A DNA stretch of 64,000 bases from Octopus vulgaris (GCA_951406725.2 OX597818.1:143158001-143222000); one strand, 5' to 3'. Counted from the first letter of the stretch, positions 1-15,246 are shown. The notes: a model not told the origin generated them from the sequence alone. Translations and numbers: made by a program.

Positions 1-905
1 GGTAGATTTAATCTGTCGCTCGGTTTAACACCAGCACCTAGCAGATTGGGTGCTTTTACCGGAGTTCACTCTCTTGCAAGCATTCAAGCTTGGTCTCTGA
101 TTTGAGGACAGCTCCTTCTTTTCGTCTCTCCCTTCCATCAGACACGGGCGCCTTGTGAAGGGTCATAGACATAAGCCGTCCGTCTTAAAAAATAAAGTCA
201 GCCCTATTCGAGCAGATCCATAATAAAGGCTGTTTCAGAGTTTATCGTTCATTTTTCTATTTTAGACAGTGTTCTGACTACATTACCCAACATATATTTT
301 GTTTCCAACATTAGGAATGGCTTCATTGGCGTTAAATATGATGATTGGAGAAACATTAAGGGCTAGACAACATTATTGCCTGGTTGAGTAAGCCAAGAAG
401 GCAACTCTAAACGCTTTTGTTTGTTAAATTTCATCAGCAACAATACGGCCTTCGCTTATTTTGCAGGAACTGTGGCAACTAACATGTTATTTTGTTCTTC
501 CTGTATTCTTTTTAAAAATAGTAAAGTAAATAGTTAAGAGAGATTTAGCAAATATTTACAGCTGGAAAAGTGGCCATATAGACGATCCTTCTTTGGCACG
601 GGGATAAGACATTGGATTTCTGCTTTCATTAGTCTTGAGTTCATATTTCGTCTCCAGGTGCACCCATGTGCAAAACACTTTACTATCCACAAGCTCAATA
701 ACATGTATTCAGAATATAATCCTATAAGCGCATATATGGCTACGTCTTTAGGAAGTTTGCATCTTCAGTATATGGTTTTGAAGTCATCTAGCTGCATGGC
801 ACCTGTGGTTGACCAATAATCTGTGAGTGGAATTCAGTAGACGGATTAACTGTGCAGAAGTCCATTATGCATGCATGTATATATGTATGTATGTCACTAA
901 ATATT

Positions 906-1671
906 CTTTTCTACTCTAGGCACAAAGCCTGAAATTTTGGGGGAGGGGACCAGTCGATTAGATCGACCCCAGTACGCAACTGGCGCTTAATTTATCGACC
1001 CCGAAAGGATGAAAGGCAAAGTCGACCTCGGAGGAATTTGAACTCAGAACGTAAAGACAGACGAAATACCTATTTCTTTACTACCCACAAGAGTCTAAAC
1101 ACAGGGGGGACGAACAAGGACAGACAAACGGATTAAGTTGATTATATCGACCCCAGTGCGTAACAGGTACTTATTTAATCGACCCCGACAGGATGAAAGG
1201 CAAAGTCGACCTCGGCGGAATTTGAACTCAGAACATAAAGACAGACGAAATACCTATTTCTTTACTACCCACAAGAGGCTAAACACAGAGGGGACGAACA
1301 AGGACAGACAAACGGATTAAGTCGATTATATCGACCGCAGTGCGTAACTGGTACTTATTTAATCGACCCCGAAAGGATGAAAGGCAAAGTCGACCTCAGC
1401 GGAATTTGAACTCAGAACATAAAGACAGACGAAATACCTATTTCTTTACTACCCACAAGGGGCTAAACACAGAGGGGACGAACAAGGACAGACAAAGGGA
1501 TTAAGTCGATTGTATCGACCCCAGTGCGTAACAGGTACTTATTTAATCGACCCCGAAATGATGAAAGGCAAAGTCGGCCTCGGCGGAATTTGAACTCAGA
1601 ACGTAAAGACAGACGAAATATCGCTAAGCATTTCGCCCGGCGTGCTAACGTTTCTGCCAGCTTGCCACCTT
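906..1671 (-). mobile_element. tRNA-derived Deu/Nin-domain SINE with four internal ~183-bp tandem units
   Basis: The minus strand starts AAGGTGGCAAGCTGGCAGAAACGTTAGC and has B-box GAGTTCAAATTCC. Deu/Nin core GACTTTGCCTTTCATCCTTTCGGGGTCGAT recurs with period ~183. TSD TGTCACTAAA(T/C)ATT at 892-905 and 1674-1687. Confidence 0.85.
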
Positions 1672-1789
1672 AGTGTCACTAAACATTAATCACAGACTCG
1701 TCTGCTACAGCCACCAGAATTTGTACGTCTTCAAATGCGCTTCATCAGTCTCGTAAAGCACTTCTATGAGGTGACATCTTCATCGTGTA

Positions 1790-2295
1790 TCCCAGTCATT
1801 GCAGGTGGTGCTAGAAGATCAGCGCCGCAACACTTTTGCGATTGGTCTTCGTAACTATTTCACTGTGAGGTACATGATCATACCAGGCAAATGCCGGAAT
1901 GTGCTGGAAGCTCAAGCGGAAGCATGCGAAGGACTTAATGTATCAATTTGTAAATTACCCAAACTTCATAGCTACAGAGGAAAATGGTGATACAAGCTGC
2001 TCGGTGCACGGTGATCGGCGGGAAAGAACCGAGGATCTTGTGAAAGAACGATGTTCTCAATTAATCAATACCGTAGTCTCCCAAAGACAGCCAATGACAG
2101 TATAATGAGGATTTGGAAATAGGGGTCAATGCTGCTGCACCAGAGAAACTACTTCTCAGAAACTTGAAAGACGGCGCTACAGACAGCAGCTCATCACCAA
2201 TAAAGAATGCAGGTACGGTGACTGAGACACTAGAATTCAATAGGGATGCCACAGACACATTAGATATCGTTCTTCCATATAATTCAGATATTTCA
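1790..2295 (+). mobile_element. Highly decayed RTE-clade LINE ORF fragment (region upstream of RT)
   Basis: Frameshifted peptides LEDQRRNTFAIGLRNYF, ERCSQLINT and LLRNLKDG...ETLEFNRDATDTLDIVLP resemble RTE linker motifs (F.IELRNRF, RW.EHF..LLN, LKNGK...AEMLKAD....IL). Confidence 0.45.
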
Positions 2296-2670
2296 GGACA
2301 ACGTGTGTGTATGTATGTATGTCGTACATGCACATAACATATTGTATTTAACTGTTCGTCATATATCCTTTCTCCCCCGTTTTCTTCATCCTAATTTTTG
2401 TTGACATTTTAAATTCTTTTGTATAAGGGTTATTATATACTCACCTTGTCTATCGTGGCTTACAGCTTTGCACGAATTTTTAAACAGATTATGTTTTGCA
2501 TGACTCAGAATTAGGCAAGTATTAAACAACAAGAAACGACCAGAGGGTGTACATACATACATACAACTAGCCAATCATCCATCCATCCATATATATATAT
2601 ATGACCGCGAGTTTATCGTTGGCGATATTCTTCCTCCGTCTGCCCTTCCTTGGACCTTTCCTCTTTCTAT

Positions 2671-2705
2671 GTTTCTGACGAAGAGCTCCGCTCGAAACGT
2701 TAAAT
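2671..2705 (+). ncRNA. Minimal type-I hammerhead ribozyme motif in a Penelope-like terminal repeat (2605-2805)
   Basis: gttt-CTGACGA-A-GAGC(tcc)GCTC-GAA-ACGT-T-aaat: conserved core, stem II and palindromic stem III. A related repeat lacking the core lies at ~33098-33200. Confidence 0.65.
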
Positions 2706-3084
2706 CCTCCTTTGTTTCTTTCCCTTCCTGAGCGTCCAATAACTATACTTGTTCCACGTCCTCGCGTTGTTGTGTTTTCTCTTTGTGTTTTCATGTTTGG
2801 ATTAACTATATATATATATATATATATGTTTGAGTAGTTAAATGAATTATCTTGTTATGGATAATTCGGTTAACCGATACCTGGGTAGCAAATTCACATC
2901 AGAGAAGACACGGTTGAAGTTACGTGCTTTCGCGTGGAAATTTGTATGTTTTTTTTTAAGATAGTGGCGTTCTTAGATGGTTGGTCTTGCGTATCATTCG
3001 TGGTAATATGGTTACACACACGCGCGCACACACACATACACGCACATACACTTCTTTCATATATATATATATATATATATTAAA

Positions 3085-3925
3085 TAATTGATATAGAAGA
3101 TAGAGTGTGCTGTAAGCTATATTTAACACGACGACCGTTTCGGCTTACATCTGCACTGCTCCTTAGTGGGTAGGGAACGATATAATGTAATCGAATGCAC
3201 CCTACAGTGCAGAAGAACCCTCATCAGGTTACATAATACTTTACAATGTTATTATAAGTACATTCACTACTGTGCGTGGCAGGATGTTTGGAATGTATTC
3301 GAAGAATGGTAGGTAGAGAAAGCAAAGAATCAAATACAAAGACTAAATGCGAAGGTCAGAATGGCTTTTGAATGAAAAGCGCTCTAAAGATGCTGCGTAT
3401 CATTCGTGGTAATATGGTTACACACGCACACACACACACACACACACACACTTAGACTTTGTATTTGATTTTTTGCATTCCTTACCTACAACTCCCTGAA
3501 TACATACTGAACATACTGCCTCATTAATGGATTTGTGAACTACGTCACTGTGACTTAGCGGTTCGACAAAAAGGAAGGCAATAGAATAAGTACTAGGCTT
3601 ACAAAGAATAAGTCCTGGGTTCGGTTTGTTCGACTAAAGGCGGTGCTCCAGCATGGCCGCAGTCAAATTACTGAAACAAGTAAATAAAAAAAAATACTAT
3701 AAACGCATGCATCATACCAACACCATCCTGCCACATACAGTAGCGAAATGTACTTATTATAACACTGTGACGTATTATGTAACCAAATGATGTTTCTGCT
3801 GCACTTGGGGTGCATTCGATTGCATTATATCGTTCCCTGCCCACTAGGCAGTATTCCAGATGTAAGCCGAAACGATCGTCGTGCTAAATAAAGCTTACAG
3901 TACACTCTGTCTCTCCTAGTAATTA
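3085..3925. mobile_element. Diverged inverted pair of Penelope-like terminal repeats, with a hammerhead core on the minus strand at 3130-3230
   Basis: 3085-3345 is the reverse complement of 3452-3925. The minus strand reads CTGATGA...CTGCACTG/CAGTGCAG...GAAACGGTC, and the plus copy core is decayed. A SINE tail is inserted at ~3545-3690. Confidence 0.6.
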
Positions 3926-4470
3926 TCTAAAATATACTAAACGTACACCGAGGAATTCCTTCCGCAGCTCCTGCGACTTCAGTGCAGTAGCGCGGATGAC
4001 GCCTGGTAGCTCTATGTGGTGAACGTGCTCTCAAGGTACACGATTAGGGACATACAAAAAAACAAAGTTTGGATACTACATTTTAAAGTCTCCAGTCTAA
4101 ACTTTGGTTTTTGAAGTGTATATATATATATATATATATATGGAACCTGAAAGAAGCCCGTCATATATATATGTATATATACATGTATGTGTAAGCGTGT
4201 GTTTATGTTTGTGTGTCTGTGTTTGTCCCCCCAACATCGCTTAACAACCGGTGCTGGTGTGTTTACGTCCCCGTAACTTATATGTATGGAATCTAATGCT
4301 CTTGGCTTTGTTTTTCCTTGGGGCTGGCCAGATTGGAGCAATCTCAAGATTAATCAGCCGAAATTGCGAGGATGATCCGGTTCTTGACTGAAGATTAAAG
4401 GCTTCGAATGACCCGTCCGTGTTTTTTGTATCGTCTTCTGGATGTTTTGCGTTCTTGTCCCATTTTGTAT

Positions 4471-4511
<41 letters not shown>

Positions 4512-4644
4512 CATACATATGTTGAATAAAGTTACAACATGGTCTGGTGTACACGTTTTTTTTTTATTATTGTATTAATTTTTTTTTACAATGTTGAAGT
4601 GTATTAACACTAAGAAAGAATATTTAGTAACGTTCATAAAGTTC

Positions 4645-4683
4645 AATTAGCGGTTTCATACGTTCGTAGTAATCATCAGATTT
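4645..4683 (-). ncRNA. Degenerate minimal hammerhead motif
   Basis: Minus strand: aaat-CTGATGA-ttactacgaacgtat-GAAACCGCTA-att. Confidence 0.45.
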
Positions 4684-4952
4684 CAAAATGTATTGACTGA
4701 CAGTTGAGCTGAGTACTTGACAACTGACTTCTTTCTTTTATACCTGAGTTCTTCACAAATGACTTCTTCCTTTTTATACCTTTTAGAAGGCTCCGACAAG
4801 CTGAATTTTTCGAATACGGTTTTGACCAACCAGCATGCATCTTAAACGTCACGGTTTGCTAGGCGCACCGATATTACTGGCATAGATCCCGCCTTTATTT
4901 CAACCAATTAGCTTAGGCATTGCGAGACAAAAAAATTGCACTTTATATTCGA

Positions 4953-5033
4953 GGCTATGATGAAGCTATAGGATGTTATTCAGACACTCAACAAAGAGTC
5001 CACTGCATCTTATAACAGCAACAGCTGTAAGCT
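4953..5033 (+). mobile_element. Decayed copy of the hammerhead repeat family at 19018-19098
   Basis: ggct-ATGATGA...cactcaac...cactgcat...GCAACagctGTA-agct aligns to the intact 19 kb copy, but the core positions are mutated. Confidence 0.55.
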
Positions 5034-5902
5034 AACGAGGTTCGCAACATAATCTTTGTTCATCCTGCCTCATCTCTTTTTCTCATATATGTATGTAAAT
5101 ATGCATATGCTTATGTATTATTTATATTATTATATGATCGAACGCCACGCATCCTTTTCCAAGTAAGTTTTATATTAATAATTATGATGCGCACTCTTCT
5201 ACCTTCACTATCTCTTCTTTGTCTATCTCTCTCCCTATCTTGTTCTTCATCCTTTCTGGGTTTTCTCTCCCACCCTTCCCTATTCTTCTCTCCCCTTCAT
5301 CGTTCCCTCTCTCTCACTCCTCCTCCTCGACTCTCTCGTCGCTGACACGTGTGAATCCATCTTTCTGACTACTACCTTCGCAAAGATTAAACGGGCTTAT
5401 CCTATCTCTTCATAAGCTCGTCTCCTTAAACGTTCAGAATAATTTTTCCATCGTCTTGGCTTAAAAACCCTCATCGTTTGTTTTTACTATTTTGTTCTCA
5501 TTGTTCTGTCTTTTACTGTTTTTACTTTTTTTTTTGTTCTTACTGTTTTGTTCTCACTGTCCTGTACTTGTTACCACTTTCACCCTCCGCAAAAAATCTC
5601 AAATTTTATTTAATTTGCTTTGCGAGAAGGATTGTTTCAACGAAGTCGCGTATTGTCCTTGCCTTCAAAACGTGGAGTAGTTGAAACAGGGACGACTGAA
5701 GAAGGGGAATATTGTTTATGTTGTATGTCTAGTTTCTCTGTTTTTTTCGTTGTCCAAAAAAAAAGTTCGCTTCTATGTTTTCGTTTCTCATTTTGTTCAA
5801 CGTTTTTTTGATGTCCTGTACCCATATATGCATGTATATATAGGTATGTACATATATGTATGTGTATAGGCATATATTATACACACACACACACACACAC
5901 AC

Positions 5903-5940
<38 letters not shown>

Positions 5941-6835
5941 TCTGTATCTTATAACTCGGATTCTAAGGATGGAAATCAGAGATTATGTTTATATAATGTG
6001 TGCATACCCCCAAGTGTACAACCCAGTAATCGATGGTAAATTTTACGTACACACCTCCTTATTTGTATACACATTTATTCAAACATACTGTGACGATATG
6101 CGTGGTTATATCCACACATATTCTATTGACATCATTCTTCACTGTAGTGGAAGTAATGTCTGCATAAATGTATAAATATAGCGAGTGAAGTCTGGTTTTG
6201 ATTCCAGTTTGAAAATACGTATAATCTCCTTTCACATCATTAATGCCTATGAGAAAAGCAACACAACTGGTTCTTAATCCTCCTTAAGTTAGTCGTAAGT
6301 TTGCAGTCCTTAATCAAATAAAGGTCAAGAGTTTTGAAATGCCATGGTACTCTGTAGTGTTTGTATAAAACATTCTGCCAGGAATAAGTACCAGATTATT
6401 CTGGATCAGCCTGAGGACAAGAGCTGGGCTCAAGACCCCGGATTTTAATCGTAAGTGGCATGTAATAACATGTATTTAGCTGGCTTTTCGCACCACCAGA
6501 TGGACATTACACATACATGCACAATTGTTCGTTCCTTGACGTAAAGCATCGTCGCAAGATACGGTGTGTGTTAAGCATTTAAACCTAACGGAGTCTATCC
6601 TTCGCCTGTCTTGCATACCGTTGATTTCTTCCAAAAAGATATTGGGAGAAAGACCCAAATAGAGAAAGAGAAGAATCTCGTAGTTTATTTTTGACTTCGA
6701 AAGAAAAGGCAAAACTGATCTTAATGGGATCTGAACTCATGGTACAGAGAGATTTAAACTCACGTATAGAGCCGAAAGAAATATCTTTAGGATTTATCCG
6801 ACGCTGTAACAACTCTGCCAATTCGCTACCCCAGT

Positions 6836-6900
<65 letters not shown>

Positions 6901-6904
6901 TGAG

Positions 6905-8188
6905 AGAGCTCAATATCAACTACTTGTATTCCGCAACTAGCCTATCATGTGGTGTGACGTCCCGCGTGCGAAATTTTTTCCCCACGAGAGTTCCGGACCC
7001 CAGTAACGAACTCATTTGTATACAGCCAATCAGAGCTCACTTTGACCTTGCTGTCTAGTTAACACAGGTTTACACTTGCAACGCTCTCTTCAAAACCAAT
7101 TTGATACTCGGCAAAATTTTGATGCACGCGGTTGCACATCAAAATCAAATGCTGAGGATGGAAATGAGTCAATAATCAATGGGCTGATCAAAGCTTTTCT
7201 TGCTTTACAAGTTATATTCAAGACAAAGAATTCCTTGCGGAGGGGCAAGTGAAAATAATTCACCAAGCAGCTTCTGGAACAGATACTGAGTTAACTTCCG
7301 CGCTTCACTGCTTTGGTCGGTACTCTGGTGTGGCACATGCTCTTGGCAAGAAAAAAATGAAAATCTCTAATGCTAGTGCGAAAGTTTTTCCCCCACAAAC
7401 AAAAATTTCTAGTCTGTATGAAGACAATTGGTGTGCAACCAACTGCAGCATCCAGGAGGAAGATGGTTGGTGCTGGCAGACCGTTGAAGGATTGTTTGAA
7501 AAGTATGAACGGAAAGGTGCCGTTCAGCCCTCAGATTATGCCTAGACGCAAAGCCCAACATAACATTCGTGAATGTGTCAAACACAACCAATCTCTTGGT
7601 AAAACACACTCTACCAAGTAAACTCAAGGCGAAGAACGGTGTTGTAAGTTGACCGATCGCTAAATTATGCCTGATTTTAGGAGACAATTAGATAGGTGTA
7701 GATATAAATCTATACCTATTATCGGATTTTGTTAGGGCCCTTTCATATGGTAAAGATGTTGATGGGGAAAATGTGGATAGAGGGCGATGTGCTAGCAACC
7801 CTTTCCCCCTATTGTTTTACAAAGTAAACAGTAGCACAAATAGCTACGCAGAGGCAGCCATGGTTGGAACAAGAACAAGAACAATAAGCATTATCAAAAG
7901 AGAAAAGTAACATGGTCATTCCTTACCCAAGTGACCTTATCTTATCGCCCATCATTTGTTATGCACTCGTAAATTAGTTTGATAGCTGAGCTCTGTTTGG
8001 CTGTAAGCAAATGAGTTCATAATTGGGGTCCGGAGCTCTAGTGGGAAAAAAAATTTCGTGTCCCGCGTCGTACCGCATTGATTATGAAAGTGGAATGTGG
8101 GACCTTCTACTGAGTCGAACATATTGGGTCTGCAAGGAGCTCATTTTGGCAGTTTTTTTACTGGTCTAAAGATTTTTCCAGCAGTGTA
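6905..8188 (+). mobile_element. Foldback DNA transposon remnant with long inverted repeats and a MULE-like transposase C-terminal fragment
   Basis: 6965-7040 is inverted against 7988-8062. Internal peptides SALHCFG and IGVQPTAASRRK..GRP...PRRKAQHNIRECVKHNQSLGKTH resemble C-termini of invertebrate Mutator-like proteins (from memory). Confidence 0.5.
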
Positions 8189-8500
8189 TCATCATCATCG
8201 TTTAACGTCCGCTTTCCATGCTAGCATGGGTTGGACGATTTGACTGAGGGTTGGCTGCACCAGGCTTCAATCTTGATCTGGCAGAGTTTCTACAGCTGGA
8301 TGCCCTTCCTAACGCCAACCACTCCGAGAGTGTAGTGGGTGCTTTAACGTGCCACTGGCATGGGGGCCAGTCAGGTGATACTGGCAACGACCTCGCTCGA
8401 ATCTTTTACACATGCCACCGGCACAGGTGCCAGTAAGGCGATGGTGGTAACGATCACGCTCGAATGGTGTCTTTTACGTGCCACCGGCACGGAGGCCAGT
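8189..8500 (-). mobile_element. SINE family C with (TGA)n tail and internal GC-rich repeats
   Basis: CATCATCGTTTAACGTCCGCTTTCCATGCTAGCATGGG...GGATGCCCTTCCTAACGCCAACC occurs about ten times in the window. Confidence 0.8.
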
Positions 8501-8535
8501 ATGTATATGTGTATGTGCACATAAGCATGCATGTG

Positions 8536-8621
<86 letters not shown>

Positions 8622-10062
8622 TGACAATGATCAGTTTCAGTCAACTCAATCCACTCATAAAGCTTTGGTCAGACCAGGGCTATTGTAGAAGAAACTCACA
8701 AAGGAGCTGCACAGTGGCTGCCGAATCAAAGACCACATTGTTGGGAGGCAAGCTTCTTGCCTGCACTGATCTATGAATTATTTAATATGTATGAATTAAA
8801 ACATACATATTGAAAAAAAAACAAACTTGAAAAAAACAACTATGTGGCAGAAACGATTGCAGTATAATGTCCTTAAATGTATATAAAACTCTACTAAATT
8901 TGAAATAAGTCTACTTCTATTGAACCTTATCAATGAAGAATGGACTATTTACACACACACACCTTAACTCTCACTTGCTCTATGTGTATTTAATTCTTAA
9001 ACATCTGTGGGTAAACACAGCTGATACTTCCATGGATGTCAAAAAACTTCATTAATGTGTTAGGTGGTTATACATCCAGGCGGGTGTCCCAGTTTTATTC
9101 ATGTTGTTAATGACACCATGGAGGATATACAGTGGCAATAACCTCACAACCTTTCATTTTCTCTGCCCAAACAAATCTAAGTCTTCATGCAGACGTAAGC
9201 AAAAAAAATGTTAAGCATGCCTTGATTATATTATTTACAAAATTACATTGCAGATGATGGCAGTATTTCCTGGTGAACTAAGTCAACCGATATGGTTTCA
9301 GTTTCTAGTCTGGAATGTTCTTGGGAGTAAACACTGAATATATATAAATAAATCAAAATATTACTGTCGCAGATGCTCTCCTGTCTCAAATTTGATTTCA
9401 TTAAGCCTTAGTTCAGCTCTTATTGAAACAGATCTATGATCAAAGGCAATTCTGATTAGACCATCCATCTCTTGATTCACACACAATGTACTTAAGATTA
9501 CATTAATCAATGTATCTTTAGAAAACACCAGAAAATATAGAGTGTGATTTGATGATGGTTTGTCTATTATTTCCAGCAGAATAAATGATGAGTCTGATGT
9601 TTGCCATTATTGTTATTTTAGATTATGCCCTGTTACCTATCACAGTTGGATGATAAGGGGATGTGGTTAGTCCCCGTGTTTGTGTGGCAGAACCATTACA
9701 TTGCTAATATTTGTTTTGGTTCTTTGCATTCTGAGTTCAAATTCCACCAAGGTTAAATATGCATTAGTTGACAGTGGGCTTGATGTAATCAACTTACACC
9801 TTCCCTAAAAAAAAAAAAAATAACCTTGAATGAAAATCTGAAACCATTGTCATTAATATTTGAGTAATATTGATCTAACCACCTGCTGGGGTTGACTTTA
9901 CCTTTCATATTTCTGAAATCAGTAAAAAAAAAAAACCTGTCAAATACTAGGATAGATTGAAGTGATTAAAGCCTCTTGACAAAATTCAGATATGGTGCCT
10001 AGATATGAAAATATTACACACACACACTATATACATACATACATACATACATATATATATAT

Positions 10063-10594
10063 ATCATCATCATCGTTTAGCGTCCGCTTTCCATGCTAGC
10101 ATGGGTTGGACAATTTGACTGAGGGCTGGTGAACCAGATGGCTCCACCAGGCTCCAATCTTGATCTGGCAGAGTTTCTACAGCTGGATGCCCTTCTTTAC
10201 GCCAACAACTCCGAGACAGTAGCTTTTATGTGCCACCGGTACGGGGGCCAGTCAAGTGGTACTGGCAACGCCCCTGCTTGAATCTTTTTACACATGCCAC
10301 TGGCACAGGTGCCAGCAAGGCATTGCTGGTAACAATCACGCTCAAATAGTGCCTTATATGTGCCACCGGCACAGAAGACTGTTAACCGCTCTGGCAATGA
10401 TCACTCTTGGATGGTGCTTTCAGCACCCTACTAGCACAGGGCTCAAGTGCCAGTAAGGCAATGCTGGTAATGATCACGCTCGAATGGTGTCTTATATGTG
10501 CCACTGGCACGGAAGCCGGTTAGCCACTCTGTGAACGCTCACACTCGTATGATGCTCTTTGTACCCCGCTAGCACGGATGCCAGTCATCGAATT

Positions 10595-10596
<2 letters not shown>
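10063..10596 (-). mobile_element. SINE family C copy with several ~60-bp internal units
   Basis: Same tail as 8189-8500, with repeated TGTGCCAC(C/T)GGCAC units. Confidence 0.8.
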
Positions 10597-10637
<41 letters not shown>

Positions 10638-10695
10638 TGCACATATACATATACAGGCACTTATATAGACATCTGTCTATCTGTTTACCTATCTA

Positions 10696-11235
10696 TATAT
10701 GATTACCAACAAGAAGAATTGAGTGAACGATTCTTATTATTGCATGATTTTACAATTGTTTCATCAATATTTTATCAAAAGAGTATTGCTATATTGAACC
10801 TGGGGAGGGGCATAATGCCAGTAATAATAAACACATGTATGTAATAATAAACACGTACATGTGTTTATTATTACTGGCATAATTCCCCTCCCAAGGTTCA
10901 ACAGTATTGCTATATTATTATATAATGTTTGACAATACATCACATCAGTATTAATATGCTTATACTGCAAAAATACCAACTCATCAGGTTTGTGTATAAG
11001 ATCCATTTGCTAGATGAACTTATATTTTTAAGAATATACACTCATTGTCAAGGATGTTTTTATCATATTATTTGTATATTATCATAGTATAATAATACCA
11101 ATGCAGTGTATTGTTACATTAATAAAATAATAATATTATAGCAATACTCTTTTGATACAATGTATATGAAAGAATTGCAAAATTATATAGACAAAATATA
11201 CTGATTACTCCATTTTCCTTGTCGATAATTATATA
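10696..11235. mobile_element. AT-rich foldback/MITE with a nested hairpin insertion
   Basis: 10696-10795 is inverted against 11132-11235. The inner hairpin 10793-10901 is flanked by direct repeat AGTATTGCTATATT. Confidence 0.6.
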
Positions 11236-11363
11236 CACTCTATGAACATTTAGTTATTTTCAGACATACCATAAGAGAAATTATCCATTCCCTTTTTTAT
11301 GATAGCAAGTACTGGCAGATGAACTTAATAAAGCAAACATCAAGGTTGAAACCCAAGTGAAAT

Positions 11364-13420
<2,057 letters not shown>

Positions 13421-13890
13421 TCATCATCGTTTAGCGTCCGCTTTCCATGCTAGCATGCGTTGGACGGTTCAACTGGGGTCTGGGAAGCCAGAAGGCAGCA
13501 CCAGGCCCAGTCTGATCTGGCAATGTTTCTACGGCTGGATGCCCTTCCTAACGGAAGATACATAAACATATATATATATATATATATAGATACAAATACA
13601 TATATAGATACATAAACATATATATATATTTATAAACATATATATACATAGATACATATACATATATTTTTAGATACATATACATATGTATATAGACACA
13701 TATACATAAATATATATATACATACATACATAAATATATGTATATACACATACATATATATATATATCTTACATATACGTCTTCTACTATAGCCTCGGAC
13801 CAACCAAAGCTTTGTGAGTGGATTTGGTAGACAGAAACTGAAAGAAGCTCGTCGTATGTATGTTTATATATATACATACATACATATGTA

Positions 13891-13932
<42 letters not shown>

Positions 13933-15027
13933 AGGGTATTAGGCTTACAAAGAAGTCCTGCGGTCAATTTGCTCAGCTAAAGGCGTTGCTCCAACATGAC
14001 CGCAGTAAAATGACTGAAACGAATATAAAAACATATATATATATATATATATATCCATACACACACACACACATTCATCCGTTCAGCGATACCATGTAAT
14101 TTCAAACGTAATTGGTAAATAGCATTATTAAGAGATCAGTGTGGGAATCGGTGGTGCGTTGTTGAGTTGCCAAGTGCATCGCAGAAAAGGAAATCCTGTT
14201 GTATTGGAAACATGACAACATGTAACACAGTGCAAAGTAATTATGGAAATGATGAGCGGGATTGGAAAAGGGACGGCGAGTACTGAAGATCGAATTCAGC
14301 AAAGCACTGGAATGTGAAAAATGTGTTTAGCATCCCTACCCTCCTCTCTTTTCTCTGTTGTTGTACTTTGTATTGTAGCAAGCAGATATTTTGGAGTGGA
14401 AGAGGAATACAAGTACAATGAGACTGAAAGAGATGAATTCATATTCTAATAAACTGTTACATTTATGCATACAAGATAATAAAGATAGAAAGATAGCACC
14501 GCAAAATAATTATACATAGATGTAGGCATCGGTGAGTTGATATAAACAAGAGTTGTACACAAAAGTCATACAAGCATGTGTCTGTGTGTGCGTAATACAC
14601 ACACACACACACAGACACACATAGAAGCATATATGTGTCTATCCACGTGTAACATATCATTGTTAATAGATTAATATATTGCAGGTGTATATAAAACGGT
14701 AGATCGGTTCTAGTGACAGCGATACAAATTCAGTCCAAGATCACCCACTGACAGATGTATTTGATCATAAGTTTGGAAAACACTAAATTCTGAGAGGAAT
14801 TTTATCAGACCGTACAAAGTTTCATTCGGGACAGCCCCGTCCAGTGAATGATGGTCTCCAGTATATTTGGAGATCCCAGGCACAGGTGCGATGTATCCAC
14901 CGAACGTTCCTCTCATAAGCCCAATGCATACATGCATGCATACGTACATACATAAGGTATATAATACACGCATATAGGCCCTTCGTCTTTTGTTTTTTTC
15001 GTAAACTCTCCCTATATATATATATAC

Positions 15028-15239
15028 CGGAGTAAACACATAGATGTGAAACAAGGTGGAAAAAAGAGTACTCAAATACCAGAGGTAGAGTAATATGCTT
15101 TATTTAAAAGCAGCGGAAATATAACAAAAGCTGTCCGTTCGTCGGACAGTATTGTTAAAAATACAATACTGTCCGACGAACGGGAACGTGAAACTCCGAG
15201 TAACAGCTTTTGTTATATTTCTGCTGCTTTTAAATAAAG
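15028..15239. mobile_element. Palindromic Penelope-like terminal-repeat element with a hammerhead variant at 15168-15207 (+)
   Basis: Arms 15098-15155 and 15163-15239. Plus strand: ctgt-CCGACGA-ACG(ggaa)CGT-GAA-ACTC(c)GAGT-A-acag. The left arm has a deletion of GAAA/stem III. Flanked by microsatellites. Confidence 0.7.
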
Positions 15240-15246
15240 TATACAT

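Noticed and set aside
960-1620. CRISPR-like regular repeats
   Set aside because: The intervening sequences are identical rather than unique spacers. This is a SINE internal tandem in a eukaryote with no cas genes.
4385-4420. CTGAAGA hammerhead-like start (also at 5696)
   Set aside because: No properly placed GAAA/stem III/UH follows.
11304-11345. Possible micro-exon QVLADELNKANIK
   Set aside because: It is too short, has a weak donor and has no partner exons.
14710-14925. Coding-looking minus ORF (GTFGGYIAPVPG...LYRCH) as exon 2 of the 15.7 kb candidate
   Set aside because: There is no clear acceptor or donor and no recognisable homology; it may be an old LINE fragment.
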